Positions 31,426 to 43,069 are shown, counted from the stretch's first letter. The stretch is 64,000 nucleotides of DNA from an uncultured Anaerolineaceae bacterium (GCA_964463505.1 CAYXDC010000006.1:9914-73913), one strand, 5' to 3'. Notes: generated by a model not told the origin, from the letters alone. Made by a program: numbers and translations.

Positions 31426-31974
31426 ATGATCATGCGTAGTAATTTATTGGGTTTACTTCTCGTACTGGCGATGCTCCTGAGCGCTTGCGCCCAGGCAGCC
31501 CCCAGCGAACCTTTACCGGGCAATACCCCGGCCGGGGAGAACCCGTTACCCAGTGATACCCCGCCGGTTTTTGAGCCGGTCGATCCCGATGATGTGGTCA
31601 CAGGCCCCGACAAGCCAGGGGATGCTACACCCCCAGCTAACGACTGGGACCCTCAACCGGAAGATAAGTTCCTGGAGCGCGGAAACGTCTTCATCAACGC
31701 CCGAGATTTGTTGATCATGGAGAGTTTTCCGCCCCAATACGCGCTCAGCCTGGAAGGCGACCTGCCTACCCCCTGCAACCTGTTGCGCGTAATAGTCGCT
31801 GAACCGGATGCGCAAGGCCAGATCGCAGTCGAAGCCTATAGTGTGGTCGATCCCAATGTGGCCTGCATCCAGATGCTATCTCCGTTCAGCGTGAGTATTC
31901 CGCTGGGTAGCTTTGAAACCGGGCAGTACACTGTCCTGTTGAATGGTGAAAAAGTCGGGCAGATCGGCGAATAG
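31426..31974 (+). CDS. lipoprotein, function unknown
   Basis: Lipobox LLSAC, a Pro-rich linker, then an approximately 100-aa globular domain. AAGGAGG Shine-Dalgarno. Confidence 0.65.
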   Translation: MIMRSNLLGLLLVLAMLLSACAQAAPSEPLPGNTPAGENPLPSDTPPVFEPVDPDDVVTGPDKPGDATPPANDWDPQPEDKFLERGNVFINARDLLIMESFPPQYALSLEGDLPTPCNLLRVIVAEPDAQGQIAVEAYSVVDPNVACIQMLSPFSVSIPLGSFETGQYTVLLNGEKVGQIGE

Positions 31975-31990
31975 CCGGCGCCTGTAAAAC

Positions 31991-32024
31991 AAAAACGACC
32001 GTGCCGGGCTGCGCGGTCGTTTTT
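31991..32024. terminator. bidirectional intrinsic terminator
   Basis: AAAAACGACCG...CGGTCGTTTTT: an 11-bp stem including the A/T tracts, between convergent genes. Confidence 0.7.
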
Positions 32025-32065
32025 CGTTAATGGCTTGGCCTGCTGCACAATCTTGGGGAATGCAC

Positions 32066-32824
<759 letters not shown>

Positions 32825-32957
32825 GGCTTCCTCCTGGGGCGAGTGGACGATATTTTGGAAAGTTAAATCCTGTGGTGGTCAGCGACTGATTTGAGAATTA
32901 TAAAGTGATTTTCCCTGAGGGCAAGCCTGTGCGCCAATCTCATGGCCGCAAATTGTC

Positions 32958-33437
32958 TCAGTCGCGGGTTGCGATGGGCGCGCTACGGGCATTGGTCAGT
33001 TTTAGCAAGTCTGTCACGGGCAAGCGGATATTTAACCCGCGCTGACCGCCAGATATGTAGATCTCGACCAGCGACTGGGCGGTTTCATCCACTAGCACCT
33101 GGAAACCTTTGTTGAGCAGTGCCAGGGGCGAGATACCGCCGGCCTGCAGCCCGGTGAGCTGCTCGGCTTCGCGCTCGGTGGGCAGGAAGACCTTCTTTTC
33201 GCCGATGGCTTTCGCCACAGCTTTCAGATCGACTTCGGACGGACCAGGAACAACCGCCAGGATGGGTTTGCCTTTCCTTTCACGCTTCATCACGATCGTC
33301 TTGAAAACTTGTTCAGGCGGTACGCCCAGGATTTGGGCGGCTTCCAGCGCGCCCAGCTTTTCGGGCGGCAACTCGTAGGCTGTGAAAGCGATCTTGCGGC
33401 TCTCCAGCAGGCGTGTGACGTTATTGCGGATGCTCAT
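32958..33437 (-). CDS. ybaK: Cys-tRNA(Pro)/Cys-tRNA(Cys) deacylase YbaK
   Basis: 159 aa with a YbaK/EbsC-like pattern (KTIVMK...AVVPG...GGISPLAL). Its start overlaps the stop of the histidine kinase by 4 nt. Confidence 0.8.
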   Translation of the reverse strand: MSIRNNVTRLLESRKIAFTAYELPPEKLGALEAAQILGVPPEQVFKTIVMKRERKGKPILAVVPGPSEVDLKAVAKAIGEKKVFLPTEREAEQLTGLQAGGISPLALLNKGFQVLVDETAQSLVEIYISGGQRGLNIRLPVTDLLKLTNARSAPIATRD

Positions 33438-34816
33438 GTGCTGGATCTCAATGGCAGGCTCAGCGTGAAAACCGCCCCACCTTCAGGATGGTTGGCTGCG
33501 GTCAGCGTGCCGCCATGCGCCTCAGCAAACTGGCGCGCGATCGCCAAGCCCAGCCCGCTTCCGCCTTCCGCCCGGCTGCGCGAGCGGTCGGCGCGGTAAA
33601 AGCGCTCGAAGACATGCGGCAAGGCTTCTACGGGTATACCCGCTCCGCTGTCCCGCACCGTCAGCGCCAGCGCCTCGGCTCCCTCGCCCAGCCCCAGCCT
33701 GATCTGCCCGCCGGTTGGGGTGTAGCGCAGGGCGTTGGAGAGCAGGTTGGTGATGATCTGCTCCACACGCCCGGGATCAATCGGGATATTTGGCAGGTGG
33801 GCAGGAGCATCCAGGCTCAGGCTTACCCCTGCGGCAGCTGCCTGGGCTGAGAAGCGCTCCAGCATGCGATCTGCCAGCGTTCTCAGGTTAGTAGGCATGC
33901 GCTCCAGGGTAAGCTGCCCGGCTTCTGCCAGGGCCAGGGAGCGCAGGTCGTCCACCAGACGGGTCAGCATCAGGTTCTGCTCCAGGATCGGCTGCAATTG
34001 CTCAGTCGTCAGCGGGTAGACGCCATCCTGCAAAGCCTCCAGGTTGGCGCGCTGCACCGATAGCGGGGTACGCAGCTCGTGGGCAATATCGGCGGTCATC
34101 GAGCGGCGCACTTCCCCGGCGCGCTGTAAGCCCTGCGCCATGTTGTTGAAGGTATCTCCCAGGCGCGCCAACTCATCGCGCCCATGGACTTGTACGCGCT
34201 GGCTCAGATCGCCCTGCGAGAGATTCTCAGCCGCCCGGGTGAGCTGCCGGATGGGCGCCAGCAGGCGATACGCCAGGAAGAGTGCCAGGACCAGCGCCAG
34301 ACCACCCCCGATCAAAGCAGCAGAAATTGCCGCCTGGGTCAGGCGGTTCACCAGGTTGGTCTCTTGCTGGCGGGTAAAGCCGATTCCCCCTTCTGCCAGT
34401 AAGTATCCTACCGTTTCGCGCCCGGATAGTAGGGCGACGGACGCATCCAACTCAGACTGGCTCAGGCTGCCGCTGGCTGGGCTGGCGCCGCTGTCGTAGA
34501 TCAGGTTGCCATCTGTATCCGCCAGGCGCAGCCGCTGGCTCATCATGGCCTGGACAGCCGCCCCCTGACCCTGTCCGCGCCCCATCATACCGCCATGCGT
34601 CGTCGTGTCTGCCAATAAGCTTTCGACACCCTGCCAGGAATCGTTGGCGGTGTAATAATCTTCCAGCGCGCTCACCAGCTCTTCGCTGCCAGTCATGCCG
34701 CCGCGAAACATAAAACTGCGCACGGCCTGTGTGGAGCCCAAACGGGCGACCAGCACCACTGCCGCAACGGTGACCAGCACAACCAGGCTAAAGGATAGGA
34801 TCAATTTGATACGCAT
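33434..34816 (-). CDS. sensor histidine kinase (TM-sensor-TM-HAMP-HisKA-HATPase)
   Basis: H-box ADIAHELRTPLS, N-box LLSNALRYT and G-boxes DSGAGI / GGSGLGLAI. Confidence 0.9.
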   Translation of the reverse strand: MRIKLILSFSLVVLVTVAAVVLVARLGSTQAVRSFMFRGGMTGSEELVSALEDYYTANDSWQGVESLLADTTTHGGMMGRGQGQGAAVQAMMSQRLRLADTDGNLIYDSGASPASGSLSQSELDASVALLSGRETVGYLLAEGGIGFTRQQETNLVNRLTQAAISAALIGGGLALVLALFLAYRLLAPIRQLTRAAENLSQGDLSQRVQVHGRDELARLGDTFNNMAQGLQRAGEVRRSMTADIAHELRTPLSVQRANLEALQDGVYPLTTEQLQPILEQNLMLTRLVDDLRSLALAEAGQLTLERMPTNLRTLADRMLERFSAQAAAAGVSLSLDAPAHLPNIPIDPGRVEQIITNLLSNALRYTPTGGQIRLGLGEGAEALALTVRDSGAGIPVEALPHVFERFYRADRSRSRAEGGSGLGLAIARQFAEAHGGTLTAANHPEGGAVFTLSLPLRSST

Positions 34817-34844
34817 GGGTCATCCTCGCGCAGCAAAGCCGGGA

Positions 34845-35540
34845 TCAGGAGCCGCGCCCGGGGTTTTGCGCAAAGCGGTAGCCCACCCCAAACACCGTTT
34901 CTACGTACAGGGGATGGCGCGGGTCTGGCTCCAGCTTGGCACGCAGATTCTTAATATGCGCATCCACGCTACGCTCGTAGCCCTCGTAGGCGTTGCCCTG
35001 CGCAGCTTCCAGGAGCTGCAGGCGGCTGAAAACGCGCCCGGGCTGCTCAGCCAGGGTCGCCAGCAAGCTGAACTCGGTGGGCGTCAGGTCAACCGGCTCG
35101 CCGGCGCGGTGGATGGTATGGGCGCCCAGGTCGATCTCCAGGTCGGCGGCGCGCAGGATGGTTGCAGCCTGTGGGGCTGGCGCAGAACGGCGCAGCAGGG
35201 CGCGCACGCGGGCCACTACCAGGCGTGGCGAAAAGGGCTTGGTCATGTAATCATCCGCGCCCAGCTCCAGGCCGACTAACTGGTCGGCTTCCTCCACGCG
35301 TGCCGTCAGCATCAGGATGGGCGTACTGCTTTTGCGGCGGATGGCACGGGCGACATCCAGCCCATCCATGCCGGGTAGATTCAAATCCAGGATCACCAGA
35401 TCGGGCTGGCGCTGTTCCCAGGTAGCCAGTCCGGTATCGCCGCGCCCGCTGCTGAAGACTGTGAAACCAGCCTGCTCCAGATAAGAGCGCAGCACTTTGA
35501 CCAATTCAGGTTCGTCTTCGACTATTAAGATCGTTGCCAC
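34845..35540 (-). CDS. OmpR-family response regulator
   Basis: REC domain (ILIVEDE, LVILDLNLPGMDG, KPF) plus a winged-helix output domain (VETVFGVGYRF). GTG start after GAGGGA. Confidence 0.9.
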   Translation of the reverse strand: MATILIVEDEPELVKVLRSYLEQAGFTVFSSGRGDTGLATWEQRQPDLVILDLNLPGMDGLDVARAIRRKSSTPILMLTARVEEADQLVGLELGADDYMTKPFSPRLVVARVRALLRRSAPAPQAATILRAADLEIDLGAHTIHRAGEPVDLTPTEFSLLATLAEQPGRVFSRLQLLEAAQGNAYEGYERSVDAHIKNLRAKLEPDPRHPLYVETVFGVGYRFAQNPGRGS

Positions 35541-35628
35541 AATTTTCCCTCAGCCTATCTCGGAAAGATTTGGATAAATTATATCCATAACCATGCCTTT
35601 GTGCGGGAGTCATCGCTTTGAAAGAATT

Positions 35629-35663
35629 CCGCCTCCTGCCAGTATTACACTGTAAGGAGGCGG
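35629..35663 (-). terminator. stem-loop downstream of the Met/Gly-rich protein gene
   Basis: CCGCCTCC...GGAGGCGG: an 8-bp stem with a 19-nt loop, followed on the minus strand by aattctttc. Confidence 0.35.
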
Positions 35664-35694
35664 ATGCATCTAGGGAGAATTAAGCGGGTTAGGT

Positions 35695-36243
35695 TTAGGG
35701 TGTGGTTGGTTGGCTCCAGCGGCCCCCACCTCGACCGGCTCTGGCGCCACTCATGGTGCAGTCGCCGGGGGCAAATTCGCTAGAATTCATGGTATTCATG
35801 CGCTCCAGGCGGAAATCAGCCTGTTCCTGGGTCAGCAGTCCATCGGCGACCATGGCGTTCAATGCCAGCGTGCGCGCCTGGATCATCACGCCCTTGATCT
35901 CTTCGTCGCTAAGGCCCTGGTCGGCAACGATCTGCCACATGCTTTTGTCGGCGTCAATCTGGGCCTGAATATCTTCAACGGTCAGGCCAAGCACCTGGGC
36001 GTAAGCTTCCACCATATAAGTGTGCATAGGCCCGCTGCTGCCGCCCAGCATCATGCCGCCAGCATTAGAACCGTTCATCATGCCGCCCCCACGTGCGCCA
36101 TTCATCATTCCGCCTCGTCCACCACTCCACGGGGTGGTAGGTGTGGCGGGGGTAGTGTCCTGAGCATAAGCCAGTCCGGCGAAGGCCAGGGCTGCAACTG
36201 CTACAAAGATCATGGTTACAACAAGTAAGTTTTTCTTCATCAT
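35695..36243 (-). CDS. secreted Met/Gly-rich protein, function unknown
   Basis: Signal peptide ...GLAYA|QD, three GGMMNG/GGMMLG repeats, then a helical domain with a LTQEQ motif. Confidence 0.6.
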   Translation of the reverse strand: MMKKNLLVVTMIFVAVAALAFAGLAYAQDTTPATPTTPWSGGRGGMMNGARGGGMMNGSNAGGMMLGGSSGPMHTYMVEAYAQVLGLTVEDIQAQIDADKSMWQIVADQGLSDEEIKGVMIQARTLALNAMVADGLLTQEQADFRLERMNTMNSSEFAPGDCTMSGARAGRGGGRWSQPTTP

Positions 36244-36424
36244 TACCTTCCTTTCAAAGGTGAATCTGTGTCGTTTATTGTCTCTATCTTAGCGGTAAGT
36301 TATGTAGAAGTTGTGAAGATTGGTCGAAGGTGCTGTGAAGATTTCGCAGCCTGCTCTCGTCAGGCGGGCAACTATCGGTTAGAATCGGACTGTAACCCGC
36401 TAACAATTTTTCTCGAGGAGACGG

Positions 36425-36970
36425 ATGACTTACCAGCCCGCCCCAGTTTCAAAGCCAGAGTTACTGGCCCATATGCTCAGTGCGATCGACACGTATGAGC
36501 AGGTGATTGCGCGTCTAACAGTGGAACAGATGCTGGATACCGGCATGGATAATGGGGTATCTTTTAAAGATCTGCTGGCGCATCTGAGCGCCTGGGTGCA
36601 TCTGGAATTAAACTGGCTGGAGGCTTCATTCCGAGGCGAGCAGGCAGAGCGTTATGCCCCTGGTTTCGAGATCACCGATCGCGATCCTGAGGATGTCATC
36701 AATCATCTGAACAGCGCCATCTACCAGGCTCATAAAGATGATCCCCTGCCTGATGTGCTGCGGGATTTCCGTTTATCGCACCAACGCTTATACACCCTGG
36801 TGCAGGCGTTGCCGGAGAGCACGCTCAATAATCCGCAGGCATTCGACTGGTGGCGCGGCGAGCCAGTGTGGACTTCCATCGCCCACAATTCTTACCTGCA
36901 TTTTCAAGATCACCTGGATGGGATCCGTAGCTGGCTGGAACAAACGCAATCAACGCCTGCGCAGGTCTGA
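36425..36970 (+). CDS. DinB/ClbS(DfsB)-like four-helix-bundle protein
   Basis: 181 aa with SFKDLLAHLSAWVHLELNWLE and a C-terminal HNSYLHFQDHL His-containing pattern. Confidence 0.55.
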   Translation: MTYQPAPVSKPELLAHMLSAIDTYEQVIARLTVEQMLDTGMDNGVSFKDLLAHLSAWVHLELNWLEASFRGEQAERYAPGFEITDRDPEDVINHLNSAIYQAHKDDPLPDVLRDFRLSHQRLYTLVQALPESTLNNPQAFDWWRGEPVWTSIAHNSYLHFQDHLDGIRSWLEQTQSTPAQV

Positions 36971-36981
36971 TCGCTCCGGTT

Positions 36982-39012
36982 TTATTCTTCCCCTGAAAGC
37001 AGCTTGAACTTCTCCCATGGCTTGACCTTGGGGTCCTCCGCCAGGATGTTGCGCAGCTCATAGATCTGGTCGCGCAGCACAGCTGCTTTTTCAAATTCCA
37101 GGTTGCGGGCGGCTTCCTTCATTTGTTTTTCCATCTCGGCGATAATCTTGTTGATCTCAGCCTTGGGGGTATCTTGTTTGACATGATACGCTCCCTGGGG
37201 CTCTGCCACAGCGTGCATAGAGACTTGATCGGTGAGATCGCGCACCGCTTTTATAATACTGACTGGCTCGATGCCATGCTCGCGGTTGTAGGCCTCCTGC
37301 TTGGCGCGCCGGCGGTTGGTCTCATCGATCGCCCGTCGCATCGAATCGGTCATCTTGTCGGCGTACATAATCACTCTGCCGTCCAGGTGGCGGGCAGCGC
37401 GCCCGATGGTCTGGATCAGGGCTGTCCCTGAGCGCAGGAAACCCTCTTTATCTGCATCCAGGATGGCAATCAGCGAGACTTCCGGCAAGTCCAGGCCTTC
37501 GCGCAGCAGGTTAATCCCCACCACCACATCGAAGACGCCCAGGCGCAGGTCGCGCAGGATGCCAATCCGCTCCAGGGTGTCTATCTCGGAGTGTAAATAG
37601 TGAACCTTGATGCCCAGCTCTAGCAGGTAATCGGCCAGTTTTTCAGCCATGCGCTTGGTCAGGGTGGTCACCAGAGTGCGCTGGCCGACCTCCACCCGCC
37701 GGCGGATCTCACCTACCAGGTCGTCGATCTGACCTTCGGTGGGGCGCACCTCTACCTGTGGGTCCACCAGGCCGGTGGGACGGATGATCTGTTCAACCAC
37801 TTGCTCGGCGCGGCCCATTTCATACGGCCCGGGCGTGGCGCTGGTGTAGATGGTATAACCCATGCGCTGCTCGAATTCGTGGAATTTGAGCGGGCGGTTA
37901 TCCAGGGCGGAGGGCAGGCGGAAACCATAATCCACCAGGGTGGTCTTGCGCGAGCGGTCGCCGTTATACATTCCCCGGATTTGCGGCACCGTCATATGCG
38001 ATTCGTCGATCACCAGCAGGTATTCGCTGGGCAGGTAATCCATCAGCGTCCAGGGCGCCGAGCCTACCGGACGCTGGTCCAGGTGGCGCGAATAATTCTC
38101 GATGCCGGTGCAGTAACCCACTTCGCGCAGCATCTCCAGGTCGTAGATGGTGCGCTGTTCCAGGCGCTGGGCTTCCAGGAAACGATCCTCTGCTTTAAGC
38201 TGGCGCAAGCGCCCTTCTAGCTCGGCCTCTATATCCTGGATGGCCTGTTTGAGTTTGTCTTCGTCCGTGATAAAGTGTTTGGCGGGATAGATGGCAGCTG
38301 TAGTCAGCTCATGCTGCAGCTCGCCGGTGACCGCGTCAAACTCCATCATCCGTTCCACCTCGTCCCCGAAAAAGGTGACCCGGTAGCCGTAGCGGTCCTG
38401 GTAGGCAGGCAGAATATCCAGCGTATCCCCGCGCACACGGAAAGTACCCGGGCGCAGCTCGATATCATTGCGCTGGTATTGGCTCTCAATCAGCTGGCGC
38501 AGTAAGGCATTGCGGCGGTATATTTTCCCCGACTCGAGATTGATCACCACCCGCCCATACGCTTCCGGGTTGCCGATGCCATAAATGCACGAAACCGAGG
38601 CCACGATCACCACATCCTTGCGCGACATCAGCGCCGTGGTGGCTGCCAGGCGCAAGCGCTCGATTTCCTCGTTGATCTCCGATTCTTTCTCGATGTACAG
38701 GTCGTGGCGCGGCACATAGGCTTCGGGCTGGTAGTAATCGTAGTACGAGACAAAGTATGCCACCGCGTTATCGGGAAAAAACTCTTTGAACTCGGCGTAT
38801 AGCTGGGCTGCCAGGGTCTTATTGTGCGCCATGACCAAGGCTGGCATCTGCAGCTCCTGGATGATGGAAGCGACGGTGAAAGTTTTGCCGGTGCCGGTAG
38901 CGCCCAGCAAAACCTGGTTGCGCTGACCCTGGCGGATGCCCTGCACCAGCTCGCGGATGGCTTCAGGCTGATCGCCGGTGGGAATAAAGGGAGCTTTGAG
39001 TTGAAATTCCAT
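36982..39012 (-). CDS. uvrB: excinuclease ABC subunit B
   Basis: GATGTGKT Walker A, DESH box, beta-hairpin region and a C-terminal UVR domain ([11 protein letters not shown]). Confidence 0.95.
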   Translation of the reverse strand: MEFQLKAPFIPTGDQPEAIRELVQGIRQGQRNQVLLGATGTGKTFTVASIIQELQMPALVMAHNKTLAAQLYAEFKEFFPDNAVAYFVSYYDYYQPEAYVPRHDLYIEKESEINEEIERLRLAATTALMSRKDVVIVASVSCIYGIGNPEAYGRVVINLESGKIYRRNALLRQLIESQYQRNDIELRPGTFRVRGDTLDILPAYQDRYGYRVTFFGDEVERMMEFDAVTGELQHELTTAAIYPAKHFITDEDKLKQAIQDIEAELEGRLRQLKAEDRFLEAQRLEQRTIYDLEMLREVGYCTGIENYSRHLDQRPVGSAPWTLMDYLPSEYLLVIDESHMTVPQIRGMYNGDRSRKTTLVDYGFRLPSALDNRPLKFHEFEQRMGYTIYTSATPGPYEMGRAEQVVEQIIRPTGLVDPQVEVRPTEGQIDDLVGEIRRRVEVGQRTLVTTLTKRMAEKLADYLLELGIKVHYLHSEIDTLERIGILRDLRLGVFDVVVGINLLREGLDLPEVSLIAILDADKEGFLRSGTALIQTIGRAARHLDGRVIMYADKMTDSMRRAIDETNRRRAKQEAYNREHGIEPVSIIKAVRDLTDQVSMHAVAEPQGAYHVKQDTPKAEINKIIAEMEKQMKEAARNLEFEKAAVLRDQIYELRNILAEDPKVKPWEKFKLLSGEE

Positions 39013-39016
39013 AAGC

Positions 39017-40093
39017 TTATTTCACCACATAAATTGGATTGCTGATGATCCAAGTCCGCCGCCGCCCGGCAAATTGAATGAACGCTTCAACCCGGTATAC
39101 ACCCGGCTCTGTCGAAATATGCGTGCATAGATCGTGGTGTTGCCAGGTCTTAAGCGGCTTGCCATCTTTAAGCAGGCGGCACTCGGTGCGGCGGGGCAAG
39201 CGTATCTGAAAGGTAACCCCATTTTTGGCGGAGAGTTGTTCGCCCATTTGCGCCGTCTGCTCTTTTCCATGCGCCACAAAGCGGAAACCACGTGTGCTGG
39301 CAGGTAGGTCGTAGCCGATGAAAGCACGCCCCTTGCGCAGGGTTTCATAGATCAGGGTCGCGTCTTCATTGGCTTCCCCACACAAGGCTTCAGGGGCGAT
39401 GAGATGGGTATTGATCCCCCGGAAATGAAATTCATAGGGGAAAAGCACTTTGCGTAACGGTCCGAGCCGCACATGGAAGGCATGCGCATCCGAGCCGCCC
39501 AGCGCCACCACTTTGCGCCCCTCCGCCAACAGGCTATCCCAGCGCTGGATCGCTTCGGGATACGGCCCACGCCCAATATGCCTGGGGAAGAAGGCGTAAT
39601 ACAGCGCGTGCAAGCGGGTTTTCAGCAGCCCCTTGAACTCGGACATGGAATTCCACAGCTCCAGTCCGGTATAGCCTTGCACATCCCAATCCACCCAGGA
39701 GATATCGGCTTCTTTGACGGCTGGTGCTGCCGGATCAACCGGATGGGCGATGAAGGACAACCCTCCCGCTCGATTCACAGCGTCAATCAGGCGCTGAGGC
39801 TGGTCGGCGTAGGCAGCCAACTCACGGTACGCCCCGAAGACCAGCATATGATTCTTCTGCGGTTGGCGTGTGCGGTCATGCAGCTCCTCGCCCACCAAAA
39901 GCAAGGTGCGCCGGTCGCCATCCTGATAATACATCTGCGGACCCTCTACCCACACATTATGATCGGTGACGATCACTGCATCCAACCCGGCTTTGAGCGC
40001 CGCCCTGGCAATCTCGGCATGGCTACCGCTCCCATCCGAGTAGGGAGTGTGCATATGCAGGTTGATGACCAGCTCGAATTTGGAAGACTCCAT
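39017..40093 (-). CDS. PHP-domain metallo-phosphoesterase (CehA/McbA-like)
   Basis: [18 protein letters not shown] and GGSDAH metal-binding motifs. Confidence 0.8.
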   Translation of the reverse strand: MESSKFELVINLHMHTPYSDGSGSHAEIARAALKAGLDAVIVTDHNVWVEGPQMYYQDGDRRTLLLVGEELHDRTRQPQKNHMLVFGAYRELAAYADQPQRLIDAVNRAGGLSFIAHPVDPAAPAVKEADISWVDWDVQGYTGLELWNSMSEFKGLLKTRLHALYYAFFPRHIGRGPYPEAIQRWDSLLAEGRKVVALGGSDAHAFHVRLGPLRKVLFPYEFHFRGINTHLIAPEALCGEANEDATLIYETLRKGRAFIGYDLPASTRGFRFVAHGKEQTAQMGEQLSAKNGVTFQIRLPRRTECRLLKDGKPLKTWQHHDLCTHISTEPGVYRVEAFIQFAGRRRTWIISNPIYVVK

Positions 40094-40165
40094 TTGACGT
40101 TTCGCCCGTGGAAAGGTATAATCCGCCTGCCTAAGCGCATGAATCGTACGTTTTGGAGGCTTGAG

Positions 40166-40390
40166 TTGGAGATTTATCTAAATATCGCACTGATTATAAC
40201 GTCAATTGCCCTGATCGCCAGCGTCATCTTGCAGAGCAAGGGCGCCGGCCTGGGTGGCTTTACCGGTGGCGACACCGGCGCTATCTTTACTGCGCGGCGG
40301 GGAATTGAGAAAGTTCTCTTCCGGGTCACGATTATATTGAGTATCATCTTCTTTATTCTGGCAATCGCTACCGTCCTGGTAAAAGGCTAA
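40166..40390 (+). CDS. secG: preprotein translocase subunit SecG
   Basis: Two TM helices flanking LQSKGAGLGGFTGG. TTG at 40166 lies 7 nt after GGAGG; the alternative start is ATG 40139. The 305-aa ORF in the track is an antisense read-through of the PHP gene. Confidence 0.75.
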   Translation: MEIYLNIALIITSIALIASVILQSKGAGLGGFTGGDTGAIFTARRGIEKVLFRVTIILSIIFFILAIATVLVKG

Positions 40391-40526
40391 CCAGGCAGGT
40401 AAAACCTGTTTGGAAGGGAAAGGATAGACACCTAGCGAAGAGGCCAGGGGCAGCTCACGGCTGGTCGGCTTGCGGACAAGCTGGGGAGCGCCCTTTTTTG
40501 TTGTCTGGCATCCTTTGCTCTTGCAC

Positions 40527-42233
40527 ATGAAAAGATTGCGTTGGCAACTTGTTGTTGTCGTCATCACCCTGGTGGTGATCGCCTTGCTACTGCTCAGCCA
40601 GCAGCCTGGGGTATTGCCAGGGATTGTAGAACCGGTCGTGCAGCCCACCTCAGGCGGCGCGTATAGCGAAGCTCTGATCGGCTCGCTGCACCGTCTTAAT
40701 CCTGTGCTGGATTGGTACAACACGCCCGATCAGGATGTAAATCGCCTGCTTTATTGCAGCCTGATGAGCTTTGACGAACGCGCCTTGCCGTCCGGGGATG
40801 TGATCGAAACCTGGGGCATATCCGCGGATGGCACCGTCTACAACTTTTCCATCCGCGCCAATGCCGTCTGGCATGACGGTGAGCCCGTCACCAGTGAGGA
40901 TGTCGTTTACACCACCGGCTTGCTCGCCGATCCCGAATTGCCTGCCCCGGACGATCTGAAAGCGCTGTGGGCTGAGATCGATGTCGTTCCCCTGGACGAT
41001 AAAACCTTCCAGATGATCCTGCCGGAGCCGTTTGCGCCCTTCCTGGATTATCTGACCTTTGGGCTGTTGCCTGCTCACTCGCTGGATGGCGTCACGGCTG
41101 CCGAGCTGGTGGATGATGAATTTAACCTGAATCCAGTTGGCTGCGGTCCTTACCGCTATGAGCAGTTACTGGTCACGGATGGCGCGATCAGTGGGGTGGT
41201 GCTCAGCGCTTTCCCCGAATACTACTCCCAACCAGCGTATATCGAAGAAGTTACTTTCAAAACTTACCTCGACGCGGCTGCCGCTCTGCTGGCATATCAT
41301 GCGGGTGAGGTGCTGGGGGTATCGGAATTGACTCCAGAGACCCTGGCCGAGGGGCTGCAGAGTACCGAGCTGAACCTGTACAGTGGGCGCTTGCCGCGCC
41401 TGGAGCTGATCTTGTTCAACCTGAATGATCCTGGGCTGCCCTTCTTGCAAGATTCCGCCTTACGCCAGGCTTTACTGCTGGGTATGAACCGCCAGCGCAT
41501 CATCGATCGCCTCCTGGGCGGGCAAGCCATCCCGGCGGATGGGCCTATTTTCCCGGGAACTTGGGCATATTATGAAAATATGCCACAGTATGCCTTCGAC
41601 CCCGAACGCGCCCTCAACCTGCTGAAGCAGGAAGGTTATAACCCTACGGCAGCGGACAGCTCGCTGCGCGCTAAAGAAGGCGAGCCGGCGCTGGAATTTG
41701 AACTAATCCACCCCGACCAGGCGCCTTATCCTGAAATTGCCGCCGCCATCCAGGAAGATTGGGCGCGCCTGGGGGTTAAGATCACCCTGACTGCGCTGCC
41801 CTATAGCGATCTGGTGTCCGAGCATCTGGAAACCCGTGAATTTGCCGCAGCGCTGGTCGATCTGGACTTCACCGGTCAGCATGACCCTGACCCATATGCT
41901 TTCTGGCACGACACCCAGACAACCAGCGGTCAGAACTACACCCAATGGAATGACCGCCAAGCCTCGGAATACCTGGAGCAGGCGCGCATCCGGGATGATT
42001 ATGGCGAGCGAGCGCGCCTGTATCGCAATTTCCAGGTGCGCTTTGCCAATGAGCTACCTGCTTTACCGCTCTTTTACCCCGTATACAGCTACGGGATTGA
42101 CCAGTCCATCCAGGGCGCTAGTATTGGCTCGCTCACCGAGCCGAATGACCGCCTGACAACTTTGCCCACCTGGTTCCTTGAGTCACGCCTGACCGCGCCT
42201 ACCGCCGCCCCGGAGCTCACCCCCACACCTTAG
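40527..42233 (+). CDS. ABC transporter substrate-binding protein, family 5 (peptide/nickel type)
   Basis: Start at ATG 40527 (MKRLRW, TM/signal anchor). SBP_bac_5-like pattern (WHDGEPVTSEDVVYT ... YNPTAAD...). No cognate permease is adjacent. Confidence 0.8.
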   Translation: MKRLRWQLVVVVITLVVIALLLLSQQPGVLPGIVEPVVQPTSGGAYSEALIGSLHRLNPVLDWYNTPDQDVNRLLYCSLMSFDERALPSGDVIETWGISADGTVYNFSIRANAVWHDGEPVTSEDVVYTTGLLADPELPAPDDLKALWAEIDVVPLDDKTFQMILPEPFAPFLDYLTFGLLPAHSLDGVTAAELVDDEFNLNPVGCGPYRYEQLLVTDGAISGVVLSAFPEYYSQPAYIEEVTFKTYLDAAAALLAYHAGEVLGVSELTPETLAEGLQSTELNLYSGRLPRLELILFNLNDPGLPFLQDSALRQALLLGMNRQRIIDRLLGGQAIPADGPIFPGTWAYYENMPQYAFDPERALNLLKQEGYNPTAADSSLRAKEGEPALEFELIHPDQAPYPEIAAAIQEDWARLGVKITLTALPYSDLVSEHLETREFAAALVDLDFTGQHDPDPYAFWHDTQTTSGQNYTQWNDRQASEYLEQARIRDDYGERARLYRNFQVRFANELPALPLFYPVYSYGIDQSIQGASIGSLTEPNDRLTTLPTWFLESRLTAPTAAPELTPTP

Positions 42234-42283
42234 GTTTTATAACCCCGCTTCCTCCTTCACAGCTTAATTCCTGATTGTGAATC

Positions 42284-42315
42284 AAAAAGGACCGGCGCAC
42301 ATGCCCGGTCCTTTT
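42284..42315. terminator. bidirectional intrinsic terminator
   Basis: AAAAAGGACCGG-loop-CCGGTCCTTTT between convergent genes. Confidence 0.7.
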
Positions 42316-42324
42316 ATCATCCTG

Positions 42325-42864
42325 CTATTTTGTTGAGCCATGCAGCCAGCGCGCCAGAAAAGGGATTTTAGCCAGCAGCACAAACAACCCATAGCCAAGG
42401 CCCACCCCCAGCGTATTCAGGATCAAATCATCGACATCAAACACCCTGACTGCCAGGAAGAATTGAAATAACTCGATGAATAAGGTGACCAGAAAGCCGG
42501 TCCCCACAGTCGCCCACCAGCGCCGGTAGCTTGGGGATAGAACCGGCAGGAACACGCCCAGGGGCGCCAGCAGCAGCAGATTTCCCAGGATATTCATCAC
42601 CACATATGGGCTCATGTAGCGCAGCATGTGCAGGGTCTTGACCAGAGGCTGGAAGTTGGCCTGTTTGGGCTGAAGATCGGCCACGTTGATATACATGGGC
42701 CAGAATGTCAGGCGGGAAACCGTCAACAGATAACCAAAAAACAGATTTACCAGCACTTCGCGCCCAATCGCCAGCCGTCCGGCGCGCCGCCAGTTGATCA
42801 GGCGATACACGATCCAGGTAAAAATTGCGATCGCCAGGATCAGAGTCTCATTGATGGCAACCAA
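42325..42864 (-). CDS. VanZ-like family membrane protein
   Basis: 179 aa with NILGNLLLLAPLGVFLP and FDVDDLILNTLGVGLGY, typical of VanZ-like proteins. Confidence 0.7.
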   Translation of the reverse strand: MVAINETLILAIAIFTWIVYRLINWRRAGRLAIGREVLVNLFFGYLLTVSRLTFWPMYINVADLQPKQANFQPLVKTLHMLRYMSPYVVMNILGNLLLLAPLGVFLPVLSPSYRRWWATVGTGFLVTLFIELFQFFLAVRVFDVDDLILNTLGVGLGYGLFVLLAKIPFLARWLHGSTK

Positions 42865-43019
42865 AAATAATCCTCCTGCTAGTCAAATTTTCAGGGTTTT
42901 TCGGATTTGGTCATCCGGATATTGCCGGAAAAGCGACGGACAGTAAGTACACCCATTCTGGCAGGCATGCGTTCACCTGGCCTGCCGCACCGGGGCGCGG
43001 TTCAGGCCAAAGCCTGGAT

Positions 43020-43054
43020 AAAAAAAACGGGGAAAGCCAGCCAGGCTTTCCCCG
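43020..43054 (-). terminator. intrinsic terminator of ppk2
   Basis: 11-bp stem CGGGGAAAGCC/GGCTTTCCCCG with an 8-nt A-tract on the plus strand, i.e. a U-tract on the minus strand. It starts 16 nt after the ppk2 stop. Confidence 0.8.
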
Positions 43055-43069
43055 GGTAAAAGTTGGAGC

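Noticed and set aside
39473-40138. The N-terminal 220 codons of the 305-aa plus-strand ORF that ends as SecG
   Set aside because: This part lies antisense to the well-supported PHP-domain gene, has no motif, and is Arg/Gly/His-rich as expected for GC-rich shadow frames. Only the last ~75 codons (SecG) are real.
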